A program made the translations under genes and the position numbers. Below are positions 24,705 to 36,760 of a stretch of 64,000 nucleotides of DNA, piece after piece; the first letter of the stretch is position 1; each line of letters begins with the position of its first letter. Where the stretch lies: NCBI RefSeq assembly GCF_004010195.1, contig NC_057719.1, positions 28,188,710-28,252,709 of the forward strand. The letters run 5' to 3'. The notes under the pieces are model-generated. The model was given only the letters and a program-made list of their open reading frames with translations. It searched no databases and was not told where the DNA came from. The DNA is from Chiloscyllium plagiosum (lineage: Eukaryota).

Positions 24705-25015
24705 ATCCTCAAAATCCTACACCACAGAAAGAGGCCATTTGGCCCATTGAGACTACACTGACTCTCTGAAGAGTATCCCACCCAGGGATTTTTACCATGG
24801 CTAACCCACCTAGCCTGTACATTGCTGGACATTACAGGCAATTTAACATAGCCAATCCACCTAACTTGCACATCTTTGGACTGTGGGAGGAAACAAGGAC
24901 ACCCAAAAAGGAAATCCATGCAGATGTGGAGAGAACATGCAAACTCCATGCAGAGTCGGCAGAGGATGAAATTGAACCCAGGTCTGAGGTGTTGTGAGGC
25001 AGCAGCACTAACCAG
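24705..25015 (-). mobile_element. HE1-type SINE
   Basis: gccaatccacctaacttgcacatctttggactgtgggagg...aattgaacccagg...tgtgaggcagcagcactaacc. Confidence 0.85.
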
Positions 25016-25147
25016 TCAAGCAGCTAACTTATAAGGGGTAAAAACAATGACTGCAGATGCTGGAAACCAGATTCTGGATTAGTGGTGCTGGAAGAGCACA
25101 GCAATTCAGGCAGCATCCGAGGACAGGCAAAATCCGAGGATAGGCAA

Positions 25148-25183
25148 AATCGACGTTTCGGGCAAAAGCCCTTCATCAGGAAT
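25148..25183 (-). ncRNA. Minimal hammerhead ribozyme motif, apparently intact, in the PLE terminus
   Basis: Minus strand: AUUC-CUGAUGA-A-GGGC-UUUU-GCCC-GAAAC-GUC-GAUU. Predicted cut between 25152 and 25151. Confidence 0.8.
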
Positions 25184-25704
25184 AAAGGCAGAGAGCCTGA
25201 AGCATGGAGAGAAGGCAGCTGAGAATATAAGTGGCAGATGGAGGTGGAGGTAATGGTGATAGGTCCGACAGGAGGATAGAGCGGATAGGTGGGAAAGGCA
25301 ATGAACAGTTCAAGATGGTGGTGCCGAGTTGGAGGCTTTAGACTGGGATATGATGGGGCGAGGGGAAATGAGGAAACCAGTGAAATCCACGTTAATCCTG
25401 TGTGGTTACATGGTGCCAGGACGGAATATGAGTCACTGTTCTTCCAGGCGTTGGGTGGTAATGGTTTTGCGACGGAGGAGGCCCAGGACCTGTATGTCCT
25501 CGGCAGATTGGGAGGGGGAGCTGAAGTGTTCAGCTACGGGGCTGTTTGGTGCAGGTATCCCAGAGATGTTCTCTGAAACAATCTGCAAGTTGGTGTCCGG
25601 CCTTCCGATGTATAGGAGAGCACAATTGGTGCAATGGATACAGTCAATGACATTAGTGGAGGTACAGGTAAATTGCTGACCGATGTGGAAGGACGCTTTG
25701 GGAT

Positions 25705-26502
25705 NNNNNNNNNNNNNNNNNNNNNNNNNNNNNNNNNNNNNNNNNNNNNNNNNNNNNNNNNNNNNNNNNNNNNNNNNNNNNNNNNNNNNNNNNNNNNNNN
25801 NNNNNNNNNNNNNNNNNNNNNNNNNNNNNNNNNNNNNNNNNNNNNNNNNNNNNNNNNNNNNNNNNNNNNNNNNNNNNNNNNNNNNNNNNNNNNNNNNNNN
25901 NNNNNNNNNNNNNNNNNNNNNNNNNNNNNNNNNNNNNNNNNNNNNNNNNNNNNNNNNNNNNNNNNNNNNNNNNNNNNNNNNNNNNNNNNNNNNNNNNNNN
26001 NNNNNNNNNNNNNNNNNNNNNNNNNNNNNNNNNNNNNNNNNNNNNNNNNNNNNNNNNNNNNNNNNNNNNNNNNNNNNNNNNNNNNNNNNNNNNNNNNNNN
26101 NNNNNNNNNNNNNNNNNNNNNNNNNNNNNNNNNNNNNNNNNNNNNNNNNNNNNNNNNNNNNNNNNNNNNNNNNNNNNNNNNNNNNNNNNNNNNNNNNNNN
26201 NNNNNNNNNNNNNNNNNNNNNNNNNNNNNNNNNNNNNNNNNNNNNNNNNNNNNNNNNNNNNNNNNNNNNNNNNNNNNNNNNNNNNNNNNNNNNNNNNNNN
26301 NNNNNNNNNNNNNNNNNNNNNNNNNNNNNNNNNNNNNNNNNNNNNNNNNNNNNNNNNNNNNNNNNNNNNNNNNNNNNNNNNNNNNNNNNNNNNNNNNNNN
26401 NNNNNNNNNNNNNNNNNNNNNNNNNNNNNNNNNNNNNNNNNNNNNNNNNNNNNNNNNNNNNNNNNNNNNNNNNNNNNNNNNNNNNNNNNNNNNNNNNNNN
26501 NN
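25705..26502. other. Assembly gap (798 N)
   Basis: Run of n. Confidence 1.
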
Positions 26503-27339
26503 GGCGTGGGTGGTGTCTCGAATGTATGTGGGGAGTTCCTGGACTAGGGGGGATAGGACAGTGTTGAGGTAGGTAGAGATGAGTTCAGTGGGGCAGGAGC
26601 ATGCTGAGACAATGGGTCGGCCAGGGTGGTCAGGCTTGTGGATCTTGGGAAGGAGGTAGAACCGGGTAGTGCGGGGTTCCCGGACTATGAGGTTGGAAGC
26701 TGTAGATGGGAGATCTCCTGAGGTGATGTGGTTTTGTATGGTCTGGGAGATGATGGTTTGGTGATGGGGGGTGGGGTCATGGTCAAGGGGGCAGTAGGAA
26801 GAGGTGTCCTCGAGTTGGCGTTTGGCTTCAGCGGTATAGAGGTCAGTGCGCCAGACTACCCCTGCGCCTCCTTTATCCGCTGGCTTGATGGTGAGGTCGG
26901 GATTGGAGCAGAGGGATTGGAGGGCTGCGCGTTGTGAAGGTGAGAGATTGGAGTGGGGGAGGGGGGTCGACAGGTTGAGGTGGTTAATGTCCCGGCAGCT
27001 AACTTATACACAGCAAGATATCACAAATAACAGTGTTATAATGACTAGATAATCTGTTTATTTTGGTGCTGGTCACAGTAAGATAGACAGATCTTTACAA
27101 AATTGTTACAGCACAGAATATTCTGCAGCCAGAATCAATGGAGAAAGAAACCTTTAAAATTATATTTTGGTGACTTTTCACCATAACTAGTGAATATTAG
27201 AGATCCAACACATTTTAAGTAAGCAGAATGGCAGCAAAAGGTGGCCAGGGACAAAGTCATCTTCCATGATAGGATGGAAGACAGGAGTGATGAAAATGAT
27301 AAAAGGAGATGGTCATGTGATGGAAAAGGAGATGGTAAT

Positions 27340-27480
27340 GAAAAAAGTAGAAAACAACAGACGCTGGAAATCCAAAAAAAGAACACAGAATGCCTGAAAT
27401 CTTCAGCAGGTCTGACAGCTTGGAGAGAGAAACAGTTGACAGGTCTATGCCACTTCATAAGAATTGGTAAGAATTATGAA
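27340..27480 (-). mobile_element. Old PLE terminal fragment, family C-like
   Basis: cagacgctggaaatcc...cagcaggtctgacagcttggagagagaaacag, similar to 9510-9560 and 45390-45480. Confidence 0.5.
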
Positions 27481-27694
27481 TGTAATACATTTTAAGCAAG
27501 GGGTAGGTGTGAAAAAAGGACAAAAGGAAAATCACCCTGTGATTGAGCGCAAGACAGAAGAGATTAAATGGCAGGAGGGTTAGTCTTACTAGGCTAAAGA
27601 GAATGATAATAGCCAAGTAAGGCAACAAAAGATGGGTCACAGGGTTTTTTCAATGGAAAATAGAATCATCCCCAACAGATGCCATTCAAACTAG

Positions 27695-28529
27695 GAGAAC
27701 AGGTTGAACAGTTCATTCACTTTACTAACACCTTCCACCCCAACCTCAAATTTACCTGGACCGTCTCAGACTACTCCCTCCCCTTCCTAGACCTCTCAAT
27801 TTCTATCTCGGGCGACCGATTCAACACAGACATTTACTATAAACCGACTGACTCCCACAGCTACCTAGATTCCACCTCCTCCCACCCTGCCCCCTGTAAA
27901 AACGCCATCCCATATTCCCAATTCCTCCGCCTCCGCTGCATCTGCTCCCAGGGGAACCAATTCCACTACTGAACAGCCCAAATGGTCTCCTTCTTCAAAG
28001 ACCGCAATTTCACCTCCGCTGTGGTCGACGATGCTCTACACCGCATCTCCTCCACTTCCCGCTCCTCCGTCCTTGAACCCCGCCCCTCCAATTGCCACCA
28101 GGACAGAGCCCCACTGGTCCTCACCTTCCACCCCACCAACCACCGGATACATCGCATCATCTTCCGTCATTTCCGCCACCTCCAAACAGACCCCACCACC
28201 ACCGATATATTTCCCTCTCCACCCCTATCAGCATTCAGGAGTGACCACTCCCCCCGCGACTCCCTCATCAGGTCCACACCCCCCACCAACTCAACCTTCA
28301 CTCCCGGCACCTTCCCCTGCAACCGCAAGAAGTGCAAAACGTGCGCCCACACCTCCCCCCCCCCCCCCCTCCCTNNNNNNNNNNNNNNNNNNNNNNNNNN
28401 NNNNNNNNNNNNNNNNNNNNNNNNCACTTGGCACACCAGCCTCATTCCTGAAGAAGGGCTTATGCCCAAAACATCGATTCTCCTGCTCCTCGAATGCTGC
28501 CTGGCCTGCTGCGTTTTTCCAGCACCACA
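27695..28529 (+). mobile_element. Penelope-like retroelement fragment (RT thumb, Cys-rich linker, terminal repeat)
   Basis: ORF 27679..27972 (FHPNLKFTW...LPFLDL...YYKPTDSHSYL) and ORF 27982..28608 (PLVLTFHP, PCNRKKCKTC). After a 50-N gap at 28375-28424 comes the terminal repeat with a decayed HHR, cctgaagaagggcttatgcccaaaacatc. Confidence 0.9.
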
Positions 28530-29250
28530 GTATTTATTGCTAATCCCTATTCCTCCTCCTGAAAGTGGTAGCTGGTTTTCTCTTGAACAGCTGAAGTCCA
28601 TGTGGTGAAGGTAATCCTAAAATCCTGTTGAGAGGTTCAGGATTATGATCCCGTGACAAAGGAGGAAGAGGGACACATGCCTAAGCTGGAATTTAGTAAC
28701 TGTTCGAGTAGGTGTCAGAACAGCTTAGATAGAGGTATAGATAGGTCTGGAGCAAAAGGTTTCTGTATTATAGCCAGGATGCTGTTGGACCTTTGCAGCC
28801 TAAGTCCAGTGTACTCAGCTGCTGTTTGATACCATGTGGAGTGAACATAATTGGCTAAAGTCAGGAATCCATGATGGCACCAAGATCAGAAGATGACTGA
28901 AGAATCATCCACTCAGCACTCTTGGTTGACGATAGTAGCAATTCTACACTACCATGAGGATATTCACCAAACCTCCTCCAAACATTCGTTATTCATTTGA
29001 CCATCAACATTTGGACTGCAGGTGGAGTTTTGAACCAATCATTGTACATTGTGGAATTGCCCTCAGTCTACATCAGGTCATTTGCACTCTTTACTGTTCA
29101 CATTGTATGTTGTAACTTCACCAGTTTAGCACTTCATTGTCAGGTAAGCCTGGTGTTGTCCTGGCATGTTCTTCTACAGCAACCAAAACAATTTGGTAAT
29201 GTGCCAGTGTTGGAGGAATGAGCGATGTACCAGACCATGAACCTAAATTT
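28530..29250 (-). mobile_element. Deleted, decayed copy of the LINE family at 42274-45207
   Basis: Segments resemble 42320-42430 (caggattatgatcccgtgac) and 43580-44130 (atcatccactcagcact). Confidence 0.55.
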
Positions 29251-29937
29251 TATAGCGAAATAGACAAAGGAGAAAGCTCCGGCACCATAGTGCATTGCTT
29301 TTAAACAATGCTGTAAACAACTTGAATTGTAACTAGCCTTTAGAATTCTCACTGATTACACTTACACACAGAATGTTAAGTATGTCAGTTGGCATGATGA
29401 TGGTTAAATTAAGCCTGTTCTTCCAGTTTATCAGATGCAACCTAGAATTTATATAATCTACACAATCTTAACTACACATATTTCAAGAGAATCCCCGGTC
29501 AGAAGTATCCACCTATCACTGGGGTTTATTTTACATGAACCTCTGAGGTAAGTGATACCCAAGCTCCTTAGTTACAAGGCAGTCTGAAGAGTAGCCTCCA
29601 AGTTCCCAATGAAATCTTGCTGGTTTGCTTCTTTTAGCCTTCAGTGTGACCTAACACCGCCATGTTTGAAATTACTGCATAGGAATAATTTTAATTTTAA
29701 AACATCACTGTTCATTCCAATCAGTAAAATAGGATTCAAAGAATTTAACTGAGAAAATAAAACACATTTTATAAATGTTGTTACTAATTTGATCTTAAAG
29801 ATGACCAGTTAGATTGTTTTTTAAATAGAAAAGTTATGGATTAAACTTCCAAAGCCATTAAGACAAGAGGAACTGCTGAAGATCGATCCACCAGAAATAC
29901 CTGCTCCTCTCAAGGTGTTCCATTAAAAAAAAATTCA

Positions 29938-30117
29938 CTGTCCTCTCTAATAGGAGAGATGGCTGGGGCTGGTTTAACCTGAGCACTATCACATCTCAGA
30001 TGAGAGGGAAAGTTGAGAAGGAGAGTTCTGTATGGTGACCTCATCAAATGCAGAATTGAACCCATGCTATTGACATCACTTTGCATCACAACCAGCCAAG
30101 TGAGCTAATCAACCCCC
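29938..30117 (-). mobile_element. tRNA-derived SINE, same family as 7163-7397
   Basis: tttaacctgagcactatcacatctcag...gaattgaacccatgctattgacatcac...gagctaatc. Confidence 0.75.
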
Positions 30118-31464
30118 AAGTCAGCCCATCAGTGAGGCTGTCACTTTCCACACAATGTGAAAAATTGCCTAAGTATGTCCTACCCGCGTCAAAAACTATG
30201 AACAAAGTGCTATCAAGCAGCTCTTATTCACAATAACCTGTTCAGAACTCTTGCAGAACTACTCAGTTTCTGACTTCTCCACAACCTAAATTCAGACATG
30301 GAAGGGCCTGTTTCCATGCTGTATACCTCTATGATTCTATGGCTGGGCTGAAAGATAATGAAGGGGAGAGAGTAATTTTCCTCACATCAAAACTTTTTTT
30401 CAACAAGGGTACAAACACCTCTAGAAAAACTGAAGTCAATAGGAATAAATGGGAAAGGTTGAAGTTATACTTGACACAAAATGTCAATGATTGTGACTGT
30501 CATCACAGCCCAGGACATCGGAGTTTGTTAACATGACAATGTTTAGCTGTTCCATTCATGGCTTACTCTCACCACTAGCCAGGTGTGGGGCAGCCCAGCA
30601 TCTATCCAACAACATTCAGGTTCATTCATCATTAAGCAGAATATCAGCCTACGCCAGCCCAAGAAAACACTGAGCCATCATCCAGATCTGGGCTGAGAAG
30701 TGACAGGTAATAGTCATATATTAAGAAGGGTCACCTCTGCACGATCTTTAAATGTGTTACTATTGATGAGTCCCCTACTGTCAACATGCTGGATACCACA
30801 ATCGCAAGAAGCCATTTCAATCTGTTGCCAGGTTCAATCTTTTCCGACGTTAGAATGCTAAATTCATTTAAAGGAAGCACAGCTTTGATCCACACATCAC
30901 TGACGTCAATGGAATGAGAGATACCCTGGCAAAGTTCCAGCTTTAAGGTATAACTACATCGCCGAAATGATTTCTGCTCAACGCATATGGCATATTTGCA
31001 TAGTAATGAAGCAATTTTGTCAACTGCTCCAGAATCTGCAGTGTCGCAAAACCTCCCTCAATTCCAGAAGCCTACCATGTTTTGAAATCACCCTGTTTAA
31101 AGAAAATTACTCAAAGAGAAAAATCCTTGCATATTCACACACCTTTTGCAGGTTAGGCTTTGTCGTCAAAGCAGTATAGTTATAAACATGTACTGCTATT
31201 AACACAGAAATCCTACGAATTCAATAGCTTCAGATTAGCAAATCAGTTCTCACAGTGCCAGAGTACATCACTGAAATATGACCATACTAATATGGAATCC
31301 ATCCCCATTTTCTCTCGGAAAACATTCAGCAAGCATGTTGTCAGTTCATTCACAATTCATTGTAAGTCAAACCAATTTTACTGAAATTTTTGACCAAGGT
31401 TTTGATCAACTGGCCCAGACTTTTCTCATGTAGCTTGGTAAAAAAAAATTTGTTTCATAAAGCT

Positions 31465-32480
31465 TAGAGCATAGAACATTACAATGCAATACAGGCCCTT
31501 CAGCCCTCGATGTTACACCAACCTGTGAAACCAATCTAAAGGCCATCTCTCCTACGCTATTCCAATATCATCAATTTGTTTATCCAATGATCATTTAAAT
31601 GCCCTTAATGATGACGAGTCCACTACTGTTGCAGGCAGGGCATTCCATGCCCTTACTACTCTAAGTAAAGAACCTACCTCTGACATCTATCCTATATCTA
31701 TCACCCATCAACTTAAAGCTATGTCCCCTCGTGCTAGCCATCGCCATCCGAGGAAAAAGCCTCTTACTGGCCACCCTACCTAATCCTCTGACCATCTTGA
31801 ATGCCTCTATTAAGTCACCTCTTAATCTTTTTGCCTCTAACGAAAACAGCCTCATGTCCCTCAGCCTTTCCTCAAAAGACCTTCCCTTCATAACAGGTAA
31901 CATCCTGGTAAATCTCCTCTGCATCCTTTCCAATGTTTCCGCATCCTTGCTATAATGCAGCAATCAGAACTGTACGCAATACAGCAATTACGCCCGGACC
32001 AGAGTTTCGTACAAGTGCAGCATGACGTCATGGTTCCAAAATTCAGTCCCTCTACCAATAAAAGCTAACACACTGTAAGCCTTCTTAACAACCCTATCAA
32101 CCTGAGTGGCAACTTTCAGGGATCCATGCTCATGGACACCGAGATCTCTCTGCTCATCCACACTATCAAGATCATACCAGCCCAGTACTCTTTATTCCTG
32201 TTGCTCCTTCCAAACTGAATCACCTCACGCTTTTCCGCATTAAACTCCATTTGCCACCTCTCAGACCAGCTCTAAAGCTTATCTATGTCTCTTTGTAACC
32301 ATAAACTTTAATGTCATCTGTAAATTTACTAACTCATCCTTCTATGTCCTCATCCAGGTCATTTATAAAAACGACAAAGAGTAGTGGCCCCAAAACAGAT
32401 CGTTGTGGCACACCACTAGTAACTGAATCCCAGGATGAACTTTTTCATTAACTACCATTCTGTCTTCTTATAACGAGCCA
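31465..32480 (-). mobile_element. CR1 LINE 3' ~1 kb
   Basis: ORF 31661..31963 (LERMQRRFTRMLP...[11 protein letters not shown]...TRGHSFKL); tail agagcatagaacattac. Confidence 0.9.
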
Positions 32481-32700
32481 AAGAGAAAATCTGATAGAAA
32501 TGTAAGATATTGTTATGCAGAAGAGATTTGACTGCTACAGCAGCCAATAACTTGGAGGACTGCAACTTTCAAATTTGCACTATTGGACAAAATATACAGA
32601 GATTCACTTAATCATCTCAGGTGAATTATTGCATTAAAATATGGTCACAGGTCAGCACCAAATCTGACAGTGGTTGTGAGCCACACTGGAAGAGAAAACT

Positions 32701-33064
32701 TTATCTCCAACATATTAGAATACAGAGGACTCCAAGTTTCATATGTAACGCAGGTACATGCCAATTGAGAAAATAAAACAGAAAAAATGTCACTCGTGAC
32801 ATTATCAGGAAAGTCCCTCAAGTATCTAGGCAAAAGTGAGGACTGCAGATGCTACAAACCAGATTTTAGATCAGAGTGGTGCTTATCTCCAACATATTAG
32901 AATACAGAGGACTCCAAGTTTCATATGTAACGCAGGTACATGCCAATTGAGAAAATAAAACAGAAAAAATGTCACTTGTGACATTATCAGGAAAGTCCCT
33001 CAAGTATCTAGGCAAAAGTGAGGACTGCAGATGCTGCAAACCAGAGTTTAGATCAGAGTGGTGC
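32701..33064. repeat. Tandem duplication, 2 x 182 bp
   Basis: 32701-32882 and 32883-33064 are identical except for three substitutions found by eye. Confidence 0.95.
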
Positions 33065-33206
33065 TGGAAAAGCACAGCAGGCAGGCAGCAACGTACTGTT
33101 TGTTACCTTCTCCCCAGTTCCACCCCTGCCATTTATCTCTCCACCCTGGAGGCTTCCTGCTCTATTCCTGATGAGGGGCTTTTGCCCGAAACGTCGATTT
33201 TCCTGC
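33010..33206. mobile_element. Short PLE insertion with inverted end, family A
   Basis: 33010-33086 is the terminal repeat in minus orientation. About 33090-33206 is the 3' UTR and HHR in plus orientation. Flanks are ccctcaagtatct (32997-33009) and ccctccagtatct (33207-33219). Confidence 0.85.
33164..33199 (+). ncRNA. Minimal hammerhead ribozyme motif, apparently intact
   Basis: AUUC-CUGAUGA(33168-33174)-G-GGGC-UUUU-GCCC-GAAAC-GUC(33193-33195)-GAUU. Confidence 0.8.
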
Positions 33207-33719
33207 CCCTCCAGTATCTGATAGATTGCATCCAAAACCATTCAGTCCACTACCTGCCCAGCATGTCAACTCTGTCTTTGCTATTTATATTGCCTTCTGA
33301 ATGCCCCCAATATTTCAAATGTTAAAATTTCTCAATAATTTTTCAACATTCTTTCACAAGGTTCAGTTAGCAATATCTCTATCTCCTCATGCCCTACAAA
33401 GTCTCCTGACTGAAATCTTTGTCCTTGTGATTCTGGTTTCTTCTGCATCTACCTGTTTTTACCATACCGTTTGCAGCTTTACATACAGCAAAACACCAAG
33501 CAGTCAGTCTTTCTCCTGAAACACATCTGCTTCTCCATTTCTCTGCCCCTGACGGACACAGTGTCCAGTCAGGGTGTCTTTCATCCAGTCTTACACTGTC
33601 AGCTGGAGGAATACCCCAAAGATTTAACTTTGGTCATTTTTTATTTTTCGTTTAAATGCTATCCCTTAGTGTCACTATTTGCAGTCTTGAGGTCAGACTC
33701 TACGTAAGAGTCGCATTGA

Positions 33720-34420
33720 GAGAGACAAGGTGAATTGAGATCTCTTGAGAATCCAACAAAAGACGAACATCTCTCTTTGGCATCCCTGAAACCCCTAATC
33801 ATCACCTGGACTTTTACCATTGACTAGACACTGAAGTGGATCAGTCACATAAATACTATGACTATAAGAACAGTTCAGTCGCTGGGAATTCGATGGTGAG
33901 TAACTCAGTTTCTTTCTCCCCAAAGCCTATCCATCTACAGGCACAAATCAAAAGTTAATGATAAAATAATTTACTTAGATGAATCCGGTTCCAATAACTA
34001 ATCAAAAAACTTTTCACCATCCAGAACTAAACATTCTTCTTGATTGGCATCTCATCCACTACTATAAAATATTCATTCCTTTCACCATGAATGCACAGTG
34101 ACAACATTGTGCACCATTCACACGATTTTCTATTCATCCAAGGTTTTCTTTGCTTCTGAACCTCTGACTTCTACCACGTTGAAAGGTAATGGCATCATGA
34201 ATGCCCAGAGCATCAATCAACCTTCAAACTACATACTGCCTCACCTTGGAAACAGTATCAGCATTCCTTCAACACAGGGACAAAAAGCTGGAACTTCCCA
34301 ATGTGGAACTATGAGTGTACCTACACCAAACAACAAGCAACAGATCAAAAAGGGACTCACCGATACCCTCCCAAGGACAATTAGTGACCAAAATTGTTGA
34401 CTTTCTCAGCAACAAGAATG
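33720..34420 (+). mobile_element. Old 3' fragment of the LINE family at 42274-45207
   Basis: ggtgagtaactc...ccccaaagcctatccatctacaggcacaaatca is the reverse complement of about 42750-42815. Confidence 0.6.
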
Positions 34421-34529
34421 TACTATAATTGAATATCAGAGAAGAGAGAAATTGCTTGGTGCATTGCCTGAGGACAAAAAGAAAGAAAAGTACCAATGGT
34501 GAAACAATTACAATCACAAATATGTAAGG

Positions 34530-35260
34530 GGTCAGAATTAATTTGATGCAGATATCCTGAAGGGTTGTAGGGTTGGAGGAGTCTGTGGATAGAGGGAGGG
34601 CAATAGCATGAAGAGATCTGAAAGCAAGGATGAGAGTTTCAAAGTTAGGTATATTCTAAACTTCCAGGGTCACTTTGAAGTAAAAAGAAGTAGATTTTGC
34701 ACATGTATTCATAAAGTTACACTAATATTTGTGACTTTAAATCATTCATGAAAGCACCCAAATATTGCAGGGAATTGACATTTACTATATACCTCTGGTA
34801 AAGCAGCATAAATTTCACTGACTCTGTATTCCTGTAATAGTGCTCCCTTTCTTTTCGGTGGCATTACATCTCCTCCATCACACAGAGTCAGCACCCAATT
34901 AGAGGTAATCAGGAAAGGGACTTGCTGGAATAGATGCAGAGAGGCAGCCGATTTGTGAGGCTGGACAAACAAGTAGTGGACAGGAACTAGGTACATGGAA
35001 TTGGAGCTGGTGTCGGACAGAAAGAAAGAATTGGGTAGCAGTGGGTCCTGGGATCCAGTACAGCAGCAGATGAAGGAAATGAGTGGGTATACTCGTGAGA
35101 GAGCAACAGTCTGTAAAGTGCAGGAAACACGAACACTTTATCGTAGGTGAGTAGGGGGAGATTGTTTGCACTGATGTACAGGTGGAGAATGAGGCCATGG
35201 AAACTTCTCACTGTAGACAGGGATTTGCATGCTTCATTTGTTCCAATCACTGCTGGGTTA
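34530..35260 (-). mobile_element. Very old L2-like fragment
   Basis: Purine-rich plus strand. The minus frame HGLILHLYISANNLPLLT is reminiscent of the L2 HxYADDTQLY region. Weak evidence. Confidence 0.35.
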
Positions 35261-36049
35261 GGATGGAGACAATGTTCAACACAAAGATAATCTCTGTGCA
35301 AAGAGGGTACAGCACACACTATAAAATTTACGTACTTGGATTCAGGCAGTACACAGTATTAGTCAGATTTTCCAAGCTTCCTCAGTGCTGCTGCATACAC
35401 TGACACCTCCACAGCAACCAACTTTTGGTTCAGTGCTATTCTCAGTAGCATCTCTTTTTGCCTTGCACCATCGTCACTTTAGATACTCCACCAACCAATT
35501 GCAATCCTCGCCTTTCCATTTTATTGCGCCTGGTCCAAGTTTCTCTGCCTTTATACTTGCTCAAAGCAGCTTATCTCCAATATCTTCCAGTCATCAGACT
35601 GATCTGGCAATACTGTTTCTCTATCTGCTGCACCTGCTGAATATTTCCAACGTTTTTTTTAAATGTTGGATTTCTAGCATCTGCAGTATTCTGCTATTGT
35701 TCTGTATGCATATATTGTATGGTTCATTTGTTAAAAAGCGATGTTTTAGTAATATGCAGACTTCCCTCATTTAAATTTCTGAAACCACTCTGTGGGCCCA
35801 GCATTAAGTCAAGTAGCAACACATTTAAATTGTTGGATTATGTTAATCTTACATGACTCCCAATCTTTAAATTTATGTTTAAATCATTTTTCCCCCATAT
35901 GTGGCAGTTTTTGAGTCAAGTTGTAATATAGCTATGGTGATCTAAGCCAAATTTATTTAACAACAACATTACCTTTGTATAGTGCCTTTGACGATGCCAA
36001 ACCTCTTCACAAGAGTGCAATATTCTGCTTACATGCCAGCTTACTTAGC

Positions 36050-36760
36050 TCATGACAATGCTTGGGCCAAATGTGGATGGGAAAGCAGAAGTCCTGTGGA
36101 GGGTAGAATAATCGCCCTTAACATCAAGGGTAGAATTTGACTGAATATGGCATCAAGAAGCCTGAACAAAACAAGAGCCTACAGGAATCAGGAGTCATAC
36201 TTGGCACAAAAAGATAGCTGTGGTTGTTGGAGGTCAGTCATGCCAGCTCTAGGACATCGCTGCAGATGTTCCTCAGGGTAGTAAACCATTCTCTGTTGAC
36301 CTTCTTCATTAATGACCATCTCGCCATAATAATTGTGGTCCTCAGAGATTCAAGTGCAGCAGCCACTTCCAGAGGCAGAAGACATTCATTGACGCATTTG
36401 ATCAACATGCACCGAGCTTCCCAATGAAGAGAAAATGGTTTTTGCCTAGATGCTACACCAACACAAAAGAAGCTTAAAACCATGCAGGACAAAGCAACCT
36501 CCTTGCTTGGTACCCCTCCACCACCTTCAAAAGAACACTCCCTCCAGCAACAACTCACTGAGGCAGCAGTGTGCGTCATCCAAAAGATGTATTGAAGTCA
36601 CTAGGATTTCTTTGATAGCACCTTTCAAAGTGCTACTTCTATCATATAGAACATTCACCTGACTTTCCCCTGTAAATTCGCCATCCTAACTTGGAACTAT
36701 ATTGCTATCCCCTCACAGTCACTGCGTCAAAATCCTGAAAGCCCTTTCCTAACAGCACCG
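36050..36760 (+). mobile_element. Decayed RT and 3' fragment of the LINE family at 42274-45207
   Basis: tgtggttgttggaggtcagtcatgccagctctaggacat is the reverse complement of about 43081-43119. Confidence 0.65.

Larger units (their letters stand above)
25034..26994 (-). mobile_element. Penelope-like retroelement (RT and GIY-YIG endonuclease), 5'-truncated, spanning an assembly gap
   Basis: Minus-strand translation of 26503-26994 gives LTIKPADKGG...RFYLLPKIHKPDHPGRPIVS (PLE RT). About 25600-25700 gives FTCTSTNVIDCIHCTNCALLYIG (GIY-YIG-like). An exact 14-bp TSD gcagctaacttata lies at 25020-25033 and 26995-27008. Confidence 0.92.
24618..27075 (-). mobile_element. Deu-domain SINE 3' part split into pieces (24618-24700, 25020-25033, 27009-27075) by later insertions
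   Basis: ...tttgaagtgtagtcact / gcagctaacttata / cacagcaagatatcacaaataacagtgttataatgactagataatctgttt reads as one continuous DeuSINE reverse strand. Confidence 0.55.

Noticed and set aside
25634..26572. ORFs of 312 and 294 aa
   Set aside because: Artefacts of translating the N gap.
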